The notes below the pieces were generated by a model, which was not told the DNA's origin, did not search any database, and was given only the letters and a program-made list of their open reading frames with translations. From the IMG/VR virus record IMGVR_UViG_3300043427_003402: a stretch of 64,000 bases of DNA. The stretch is one strand, 5' to 3'. The translations under genes and the position numbers were made by a program. Below are positions 56,997 to 64,000 of this stretch, piece by piece (position 1 is the stretch's first letter; each line of letters starts with the position of its first letter). This stretch comes from a virus.

Positions 56997-58058
56997 ATGT
57001 CGAAAGCAGATGAGGACGCGATGGCGCATTTAATGATCGAAACCTTTGCGCTCCTGTCCGCTTGGAACGGTACTCGGGCAAAGCTGGCTGCAGCCGAAGG
57101 AGGGTTTGCAGCCGGCACCCTGGGAACCTTGAAAGACGTCGCGTACTACAAAGACAATAAGGAAGTCGTTGCGGTATTTTGCCCTGACGATGCAGCTGAG
57201 TCACAAGGTTGGTGCGTCTCGATGTCTGCGTTACTGGACGAGAGCGGAAACCCTTTGCCGCAATTCTATATAGGAGAAGCCCCCATGGAACAACTAGCTG
57301 GTCCGATGTACCCCCAAGCTGGCGTAGACGCTGTAGCGCAGGTATTTGCTCAGTTTGCCCCAGACCACCCAATCACAGAACAATTTAAGGAATGGTACGT
57401 GCGTACGCTCGGTGCGGACACCGGCTTTCTTTACGAATACATCCAGACGGCCAAACTTAACACCAAAAAGTGGACGCTACAGGAGACTGCAAGGTTTTAC
57501 GCCGACTGCCTGACGATGTACTTGCAAGAAGTGCCGCCGTTTGTCGCGCTGTTCGCGGCGTCCGGTAACAGCTTACCGACAGCAGCCGCGGTGGTGGCAC
57601 CCGCGGTTACGATCACGCCGGTAGCGGCGGAGCCCACGACTGCCCTCCCCACTACGCCTGTTCCCTTGTCACAGGTTGCAGCGGCCTCGAACGAAGAAGC
57701 TTTGCCGTGGACAGAACCGAAAACAGTTCCTGCTCAGGTAGCGGCTATTGCGCCAGGGCCAGTGGTGGTGCCGGACGTGGTAGTGGCGACGCCCGTGAGC
57801 GTGGTGGCGCCGTTAGTGGTTTCGGACGCTGCCGCTCCTTACGAGCCCGTAACCGCGCCTGCTCTCGTAGCTGAGGCGGCTGAGGCTGAAGAGGACAAGG
57901 CGCCAAAGCTGAAGGACAGGCGGAGGAAAAAGAAGCGGGAAGCGGGGGCGGTGAACCTGCAGCTCGTGGGTGCTTTGATCCCTTTCCTGACCGACGCAGA
58001 AACGTTCGAAGAAGAAGTCAACGCGGCTGTGCAGGCGCTGTTGCTGATTCACGCGTAG
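56997..58058 (+). CDS. hypothetical protein with Pro/Ala/Val-rich linker
   Basis: Long ORF in the operon with RBS. Confidence 0.6.
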   Translation: MSKADEDAMAHLMIETFALLSAWNGTRAKLAAAEGGFAAGTLGTLKDVAYYKDNKEVVAVFCPDDAAESQGWCVSMSALLDESGNPLPQFYIGEAPMEQLAGPMYPQAGVDAVAQVFAQFAPDHPITEQFKEWYVRTLGADTGFLYEYIQTAKLNTKKWTLQETARFYADCLTMYLQEVPPFVALFAASGNSLPTAAAVVAPAVTITPVAAEPTTALPTTPVPLSQVAAASNEEALPWTEPKTVPAQVAAIAPGPVVVPDVVVATPVSVVAPLVVSDAAAPYEPVTAPALVAEAAEAEEDKAPKLKDRRRKKKREAGAVNLQLVGALIPFLTDAETFEEEVNAAVQALLLIHA

Positions 58059-58105
58059 TTTGAGTGGTGGCGCCGTCGTAAGGCGGCGCGATCTTTGGAG
58101 GTGTT

Positions 58106-58726
58106 ATGGCAGAGGGACAAGAACTGCAAGCCGCGCTCGATGCGGCCGAAACGGACCTTAAAGCGGCGTGGCAAGCGTTAAAGCTGTGGTGCCAAGAAAA
58201 CACCCTTGGTGTGTCCGCCCAGAGGGCGTACATGTTGGACGGTGTCCGCAGTGACGCCGAGTGGCCAGCGGGCCACTGGTCGGCATGGTACGGTCTATCC
58301 AACGAGGAGGGCCTGCGGGACGAGGGTCGCCCCTTCGTTGCAGCCGTGTATGAAGCAGCGCTGGCCGCGGATATTGCAGCGGAAGCGTTACACTACGCAA
58401 CACACTATCACGTCTACTACCGGACGTGGTTCAGCCTGGCCGGCTCCTATGGGGGTCAAGTCACGCAGGACCCGAGAGGGTACGACTCCTTAGAGCAGGC
58501 GGTGGAGCGCCTAAAAGACCGAATCGCCGCCGCCACCTCAGCTCACGAGCCTGTGTTGGGCTTTGTGTACTTTGGTACGGAGGGAGGGCTGGACGAAGAC
58601 GGTTTTCTGCACGGGGAGCCGCTTGCGACAGTGGTCGCGAGCGACGCGACGCTGCAAAAAAACCACGGGGCCACGTCCGAGTTGACGATTACCGGTGCGC
58701 TTCAGCGCCCGTTTGTGGAGGTTTAA
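58106..58726 (+). CDS. hypothetical protein
   Basis: GGAGGT RBS. Confidence 0.65.
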   Translation: MAEGQELQAALDAAETDLKAAWQALKLWCQENTLGVSAQRAYMLDGVRSDAEWPAGHWSAWYGLSNEEGLRDEGRPFVAAVYEAALAADIAAEALHYATHYHVYYRTWFSLAGSYGGQVTQDPRGYDSLEQAVERLKDRIAAATSAHEPVLGFVYFGTEGGLDEDGFLHGEPLATVVASDATLQKNHGATSELTITGALQRPFVEV

Positions 58727-58900
58727 ATGAACTGGACGTTTCACAAAGGGCGCAAAGAGTGGTACTGCGAACACGGCGTTGGGCACTATGACCCCCAACT
58801 CTCGAACATCGACGTGCACGGATGTGATGGGTGCTGCGGCCGTGACGACTTCCCTGGCAAGCCTAATACAAATGAAGGCTTAGAGACTCAAAATGAATAA
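58727..58900 (+). CDS. 57-aa Cys/His-rich protein
   Basis: MNWTFHKGRKEWYCEHGVGH...HGCDGCCGRDDFPGK; GGAGG RBS; below the track cutoff. Confidence 0.65.
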   Translation: MNWTFHKGRKEWYCEHGVGHYDPQLSNIDVHGCDGCCGRDDFPGKPNTNEGLETQNE

Positions 58901-59027
58901 GCTTTTACCCGTAGGCAACAGCAACGGCAGAAATGGTTACGGCTACGGCTACAGCAGCGGCTACGGAAGCGGCTACGGAAGCGGCTACGGCACTCCGTGG
59001 CTGCGGGCAGAAATGCGGAGATTATGA
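58893..59027 (+). CDS. LPV-leader Gly/Tyr-rich peptide 1 (44 aa)
   Basis: MNKLLPVGNSNGRNGYGYGYSSGYGSGYGSGYGTPWLRAEMRRL; overlaps both neighbours. Confidence 0.6.
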   Translation: MNKLLPVGNSNGRNGYGYGYSSGYGSGYGSGYGTPWLRAEMRRL

Positions 59028-59536
59028 TGGACCCTAATGAAGAAATTTGTGTCATCAAATGGACGCTGCAGGACCTTGTTTGCGCGTTTCAAGGTGAAAA
59101 CATTGAACCCACAGAAGAAGCCCTTAACGCTGTAATTGACCACATAAACGGTGATTTAGCAGACCTCTGTATTGAACGCGGCTGGGAAGTCATTGAAGAC
59201 GCCATTGCCAGAAAACCCTGGCTAGCTACGACCCGCGCCTGGTGCAGCGGCTGCGACGGCTGCTGTGCCCGTGATGACTTCTCTGGCAAGTTGCAAGAAA
59301 CAACTCTGACGTCAAAAAACAAAGATTGTCTTGATCAAATGTTGTTTGCCGAGATTGACTGGCAACTGCTTAGAAAACAAAAGTTACAGCTGATAAATTT
59401 TATTGAAGCCAACAGCAACAACCAAAACATTGAATTTTTAAATGGAATACTGGCTTTGGTAGACCACTTCCAGGATTGTGCCGTTGACAGCAGTTGTGCG
59501 AGTGAGGACGTGGTTTTTGGGCACTTGTTTGACTAA
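59024..59536 (+). CDS. hypothetical mosaic protein
   Basis: ATGA overlap start; contains GCDGCCARDDFSGK also seen in 58727-58900. Confidence 0.6.
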   Translation: MMDPNEEICVIKWTLQDLVCAFQGENIEPTEEALNAVIDHINGDLADLCIERGWEVIEDAIARKPWLATTRAWCSGCDGCCARDDFSGKLQETTLTSKNKDCLDQMLFAEIDWQLLRKQKLQLINFIEANSNNQNIEFLNGILALVDHFQDCAVDSSCASEDVVFGHLFD

Positions 59537-59759
59537 CTTCTTGCCTGTCGGCAACAGCAACGGCAGAAATGGTTACGGCTACGGCTACAACCACGACAGT
59601 TGGGGCCACGGCTGGGGTGACGGTGGCGACAACGATTACGGCAACAGAGACGCCGACAGCGACGGCGTCTGTGAATTTTATTACGGCCACGCTTACGACA
59701 ATGGCGCCGGTAGCGGGAGCGGCTACGCCACGCCGACAAGCGCGGTCCGGAGGAAATGA
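59529..59759 (+). CDS. LPV-leader Gly/Tyr-rich peptide 2 (76 aa)
   Basis: TTG start gives MTNFLPVGNSNGRNGYGYGY...GYATPTSAVRRK. Confidence 0.6.
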   Translation: MTNFLPVGNSNGRNGYGYGYNHDSWGHGWGDGGDNDYGNRDADSDGVCEFYYGHAYDNGAGSGSGYATPTSAVRRK

Positions 59760-60013
59760 TGGACAAGTTTTTGCCAGTAAAACAACCCGGCGCTCTCTAC
59801 TACGACTACGGCGACGGTTCAAATAATGGAACAGGCTACGGATTTTGTGTCTTAACTTACGGCTTCTACAATGGCAACGGACGCGGAACCGGGTACGGAA
59901 CTGAAAGCGGTCACGGTGAGGGCAACGGCAATTACTTTTGCCCAATCACAATGTACGGGGCGCATTTTGGACTTGGTGGTTGTACGGTATCGACCGGCAC
60001 TCGGAGGCGCTAA
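59756..60013 (+). CDS. LPV-leader Gly/Tyr-rich peptide 3 (85 aa)
   Basis: MMDKFLPVKQPG...GCTVSTGTRRR; GGAGG RBS. Confidence 0.65.
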   Translation: MMDKFLPVKQPGALYYDYGDGSNNGTGYGFCVLTYGFYNGNGRGTGYGTESGHGEGNGNYFCPITMYGAHFGLGGCTVSTGTRRR

Positions 60014-60270
60014 TGCGTAGATTCTTGCCGGTAGGCTATAGCGCAATAAGCAACTTCTGGGGCGACTTCGGGGGTGACTTCGGGGGCGGCGAAGGCGACG
60101 GTGGCGATGGCGGCTACAGCGAAGACGACGGTAGTGGTTACGGGCAAGGGTACGCTGATTACGGGGACGCCTGGGGTGATAGTGGCGGCAGCGAGTATGT
60201 GGATAGCTTTCATAGCTGTAATGGGGCTGGAGTAGGTACTGTGTCGTCAACGAAGCGCAAACGGTTGTGA
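60013..60270 (+). CDS. LPV-leader Gly/Asp-rich peptide 4 (85 aa)
   Basis: TAATG coupling, GGAGG RBS; MRRFLPVGY...GVGTVSSTKRKRL. Confidence 0.65.
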   Translation: MRRFLPVGYSAISNFWGDFGGDFGGGEGDGGDGGYSEDDGSGYGQGYADYGDAWGDSGGSEYVDSFHSCNGAGVGTVSSTKRKRL

Positions 60271-60275
60271 AAAGC

Positions 60276-60318
60276 CACTCCAACCGTTTGAGTAGCACTC
60301 CAACTGTTTGAGCAGCAC
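60276..60318. repeat. two 20-bp tandem repeats, each an imperfect palindrome
   Basis: CACTCCAACCGTTTGAGTAG CACTCCAACTGTTTGAGCAG CAC. Confidence 0.8.
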
Positions 60319-60478
60319 CTTAGCTTAGAAAGGCGCATACTATGCGTACCTGGCAAGCTTGGCGAAACGCCTGGCTTAGCTTACTATAGACCAAAGTGGG
60401 AAGATATGGAGCTAATCGGGCAAGCTGCGTGGACTATCGGCGAGGAACCGGTAACGCAGTAATTTAGGGAGGCGTGCG

Positions 60479-60805
60479 GTGGAAGAATACGTTTTAGATT
60501 CAAACGCGGAAATGAAACTGATCAGGGTGCACCCCCTTCACCTCAATCCAGAGGGCCAAGAGCTGCTTTCAAAAATTATCAAGTCGGTCGGTTACACCTC
60601 TTCTGAAGGTTTGCTGTGCTACGTGTTTGACGCTATCGAACTAATCGCAGAGCATCGTGCAGAAAGTAACAACCCAACTGCGGCAGACAACCTCATGAAA
60701 ATAATGATCGCCGCAGATGAAAAAGAGATTGATGTAGTCTGGTTTACGGACAAGTCGTGGCGGTTTTCCGGAATCCCTTGGTTTGGTAGCGACAACGAAG
60801 AGTAA
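60479..60805 (+). CDS. hypothetical protein
   Basis: GGGAGG RBS, GTG start. Confidence 0.6.
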   Translation: MEEYVLDSNAEMKLIRVHPLHLNPEGQELLSKIIKSVGYTSSEGLLCYVFDAIELIAEHRAESNNPTAADNLMKIMIAADEKEIDVVWFTDKSWRFSGIPWFGSDNEE

Positions 60806-60810
60806 CACGC

Positions 60811-62331
60811 ATGCTGCAGATCACTTTCTACCCCGTCACCTCAGTTGTCACAGGTATTCCGTTCAATAGCGAGCTGGAAACATTTTTCACTACCCAGCTC
60901 AGCTACGTGATACCGGACGCAGAAAACCACCCGCACGTGAAGCGCGGCGAGTGGGACGGGCGCGTATCAGTAATGCAGCGGTACTACCCGCACACAAACA
61001 CGCACACCTTACCGACCGGGATCGTGCAGCGCTTTCTGCGGTGCGCAGATATGTACAAACTGCCGTGTACGTTCATGACCGGAATCCAACCCTTGCTGCC
61101 AGACCCAAGCCTGGCGTACCTGCAAGCAAATCAAACATGGCAGCTACGTGACTACCAGCAAAAAGCGCTGGAAAAAGCTGTGACGGGTTACGAACTTGAA
61201 CCGTACGGTATCAAGCACCCTCGCACGGGCGGCGTACAGCACATCTGTACGGGTGGCGGTAAGAGCGCGCTCGCTGCAAAAATTATTCAACATCTGCAAA
61301 ATAAGGCTGTGGTCCTCGTGCAGAGCGGCGACCTGCTAGAACAAATGCTAGACGACCTCAAGGCAGTCTTGGGCGAAGAAGGCGTCGGCTTCATCGGTGA
61401 CGGAACCGCAGACGTAAAAGACGTCAACGTCTGCATGGTACAAAGCCTGCACCGCTACTACAAAATGAAAACTGCGCCGCAAGCACCGGGGGCTGCGCCA
61501 GATAAAAAGAACACGCATAAGTGGGAAACTGAGATTCAACAACTGCTACAACAGACAAGAGTCGTAATCTTTGATGAGGTGCATGGGGTGGCCGCGCGGC
61601 AGCCGTTTGAAGTGCTCTCCATGTTCGGTAACGCTGCGCACGTGACGGGGCTGTCGGCCTCCCCGTGGCGCGATGACGGTACGGGCATTCTTATAGAGTG
61701 CGCATGCGGCCCAGTAGTCGAACACGTCTCTGCCACCGAGCTGATTAACGCCGGATGGTTGGTGCCGCCTACTATTTATGTGCACGAACTGCCCGTACCC
61801 GAAGGCGCCGCCAAATACGGTGACTACGACACCGCCTACAAAACTTTCATATTAGACTGCGAACCCCGGCACAACTACATCGCGCGGTTAGCGAATTCGC
61901 ACCTTGCGAAGGGTGACGTCACGCTGGTGCTGGTGAAGTTCATTGAGCACGGTGAAGCTCTGCAGCAACGCATACCTGGCAGCGTCTTCGTAGAAGGCAA
62001 GCTAGCCAAAACGAAACGAAAAAAGCTCTGGCAAAAAGTGCGCGACGGTGAGCTCAAATGTATCATCGCCACCTCGCTCGCGGATCAAGGCCTCAACATC
62101 CCGGTGCTGGACACGCTAATCCTAGCCGGAGCGGGCAAGTCATCTACGCGCGCGTTACAACGGGTGGGGCGAGTACTGCGTAAGCCTGAAGGTTCTAATA
62201 AAACTCAGGCAACGGTGCACGAAATAGCCGACGCACATAGTATACTGAAAGCACACACAAAACGTCGTATTGGTATTTACACTACGGAACCTGCGTTTAA
62301 GTTTGAAGTTGTTACGGTGAAAGAGTTTTAA
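60811..62331 (+). CDS. superfamily II DEAD/DEAH helicase (UvsW/XPB-like)
   Basis: LRDYQ, TGGGKS, DEVH, LSASP, QGLNIP, QRVGRVLR. Confidence 0.9.
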   Translation: MLQITFYPVTSVVTGIPFNSELETFFTTQLSYVIPDAENHPHVKRGEWDGRVSVMQRYYPHTNTHTLPTGIVQRFLRCADMYKLPCTFMTGIQPLLPDPSLAYLQANQTWQLRDYQQKALEKAVTGYELEPYGIKHPRTGGVQHICTGGGKSALAAKIIQHLQNKAVVLVQSGDLLEQMLDDLKAVLGEEGVGFIGDGTADVKDVNVCMVQSLHRYYKMKTAPQAPGAAPDKKNTHKWETEIQQLLQQTRVVIFDEVHGVAARQPFEVLSMFGNAAHVTGLSASPWRDDGTGILIECACGPVVEHVSATELINAGWLVPPTIYVHELPVPEGAAKYGDYDTAYKTFILDCEPRHNYIARLANSHLAKGDVTLVLVKFIEHGEALQQRIPGSVFVEGKLAKTKRKKLWQKVRDGELKCIIATSLADQGLNIPVLDTLILAGAGKSSTRALQRVGRVLRKPEGSNKTQATVHEIADAHSILKAHTKRRIGIYTTEPAFKFEVVTVKEF

Positions 62332-62332
62332 C

Positions 62333-63574
62333 ATGAACGAATCAAAGTCCGCTGTACAAAGCGGCTTTAGCTTGTCTCCTGAACAGGACGCAGCTAGGGC
62401 CGCTATTCTGCGCTGGTGGAAATCCGCGTCGTCCGCAACTGCTGCGACCAGAGCCGCACGTGGATCACAGATATTCTGTGTGGCGGGTTACGCGGGCACG
62501 GGGAAAAGTACGATTGTGAAAGCGGTGGTCGCGGAGCTGGGCCTCCCGGATGCCGCGGTGGCGTACGTCACGTTCACTGGGAAGGCTGCGCTGGTGCTGA
62601 ACCGAAAAGGTACGCCTGCAGTTACAATACACCGGTTGATCTATATCCCGGTGATCACAAAGTATATCGACAAAGACGGCCGGCCCAAAGAAAAGGTGTC
62701 CGGCTTCAAGCTGCGCAAACCGGACGACGAGTCGCTCGGGACTATTTCCCTCATTGTAGTAGACGAAGTGTCGATGGTCGGCGGGTCGTTACTCAGTGAT
62801 CTCCTCAGCTTTGGTATCCCGGTACTCGCGCTCGGTGACCCCGGGCAACTGCCGCCAGTCTTGGACAACGGGAACCGGCTGTCAGAAAAAGCAGACGTTT
62901 TTCTGACAAAGGTTCACAGGCAAGCAGCAGACAACCCGATCCTCTGGGCCTCGATGCGTATACGCGAAGGCCACAGTCTGCCGTACGGTGTATATGGTGG
63001 CACACACCCTGGCGACGCGCCGTTAAGCGTGGTGCCGCAATCCTACATCACTCATGAAATGCTGGCCGCTGCAGACCAAGTTATATGTGGGCGGAACGAG
63101 ACGCGGCAGTTTCTGAACCAAGGTATGCGTACGTTTCTCGGGCGCTCAGGGCTACCGGAGGTTGGTGACAAACTAATTTGCCTCAAGAACAACTGGACCG
63201 AAGCGTCGTCGACGTTAGCCCCTTTGATCAACGGGTGGCTGGGTCGCGTGTCTAAGCTTGGACGCGTAGACCGCCGACGCCGTACATGTATATTGAACGT
63301 CGAGGACTGGGACGATTCCGCAAACGAGTTCTTCGCGCTCGAAACAAACTTGGATTTCTTTGAGCAGGCCAAGGGCTCAACTGAAAAGCCCAACACGCAC
63401 AGTAAGGTGGAACACTTCGACTACGGTTACGCAATCACGTGCCACAAAAGCCAGGGCTCGGAGTTCGACTCCGTGGTCTACGTCCACGAGCCGTTCGGCG
63501 GCGCGGACATCGCGCGCAAGTTACTGTACACTGGTATTACTCGTGCGTCGCGCTCGCTGGTGATCGTAATCTAA
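62333..63574 (+). CDS. RecD/Dda-like superfamily I helicase
   Basis: GYAGTGKST, VVDEVSMV, GDPGQLPPV, YAITCHKSQGSEF, LYTGITRA. Confidence 0.92.
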   Translation: MNESKSAVQSGFSLSPEQDAARAAILRWWKSASSATAATRAARGSQIFCVAGYAGTGKSTIVKAVVAELGLPDAAVAYVTFTGKAALVLNRKGTPAVTIHRLIYIPVITKYIDKDGRPKEKVSGFKLRKPDDESLGTISLIVVDEVSMVGGSLLSDLLSFGIPVLALGDPGQLPPVLDNGNRLSEKADVFLTKVHRQAADNPILWASMRIREGHSLPYGVYGGTHPGDAPLSVVPQSYITHEMLAAADQVICGRNETRQFLNQGMRTFLGRSGLPEVGDKLICLKNNWTEASSTLAPLINGWLGRVSKLGRVDRRRRTCILNVEDWDDSANEFFALETNLDFFEQAKGSTEKPNTHSKVEHFDYGYAITCHKSQGSEFDSVVYVHEPFGGADIARKLLYTGITRASRSLVIVI

Positions 63575-63689
63575 CAGGCGCCACGTTTACATATAATGTA
63601 CGTACAGCACCCGCCAAGGCTATGCACGCAAGTGTACCCTCAAACTGGCGGGTCACTTTTTAGCGGACCGAATAACGCGTAGCGCTAAG

Positions 63690-63718
63690 TTGACAACGCT
63701 TGTCTGCTACTTTACACT
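63690..63718 (+). promoter_or_regulatory. sigma70-type promoter
   Basis: TTGACA-17 nt-TACACT. Confidence 0.7.
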
Positions 63719-63767
63719 AGCGCTTGTAGGAAGAGTATTTGGCGATGCGCTTCGAGCTACGAATTAA

Positions 63768-63806
63768 GAATCCCCTAGCGGTCACCGACTCCGCTAGGGG
63801 ATTTTT
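63768..63806 (+). terminator. Rho-independent terminator
   Basis: AATCCCCTAGCGG...CCGCTAGGGGATTTTT. Confidence 0.8.
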
Positions 63807-64000
63807 AGTTTGCGCGCTTTTGTCTACGTCGTTGCACCTGTTAAAACAGTCAAAAATCCACGTGCGGCTGCTGTGATTTCTCGTCAGCAGAACTGCGCTG
63901 CTTGTTAGCACAGTCAACAAAATGCTGTTTCAGTTTCAGAAACTATCATTTCCTGGTAGTTTCTGCGACTCAACAAGCTGCCCGCTAAGGGGGGGGGTGC

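Noticed and set aside
58893-60270. Complete diversity-generating retroelement
   Set aside because: No reverse transcriptase or TR/VR pair differing only at adenines is visible in the window; kept only as a hypothesis.
60276-60318. Possible mini-CRISPR array
   Set aside because: Only two abutting repeats, no spacers and no cas genes.
63989-63997. G9 homopolymer
   Set aside because: At the window edge with no context to judge phase variation.
1-64000. Stop-codon reassignment and tRNA genes
   Set aside because: Long ORFs are intact in the standard code, and TAA, TAG and TGA all end genes; no cloverleaf or T-loop signature was noticed by eye (tRNAscan-SE would be decisive).

Overview
This window looks like 64 kb of a large (probably jumbo) tailed-phage genome in the standard genetic code. 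Positions 1-52035 are almost all minus strand. They carry a sigma-70-like factor, baseplate/tail-type giant ORFs, a tape-measure-like protein, an array of seven Ig-anchor/discoidin-like paralogs, fibre and Gly-rich proteins, an embedded lysis cassette, and an accessory block (Nudix, HicB-like, SLOG, MazG, HAD, ClpP, and a chaperone-like gene with a -1 frameshift). Positions 52225-64000 are plus strand, with host-type TTGACA/-10 promoters, a small C5-methyltransferase, a Rad52-like annealing protein and two helicases. The most notable signals are: (1) a dispersed protein family sharing a Tyr-containing helical leader ending in K-x-A, fused to glycine-zipper or enzyme cargo and repeated internally in one polyprotein (candidate capsid-targeting/processing system); (2) four short peptides with constant LPV leader and basic tail but a hypervariable Gly/Tyr/Asp/Asn core; (3) two highly structured intergenic RNA candidates; (4) a recurring ATAATT promoter-like motif; (5) a G-GGA-AAC programmed frameshift. 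I saw no tRNA, rRNA, CRISPR array, reverse transcriptase or IS element. All product calls come from visual motif recognition, not database searches.
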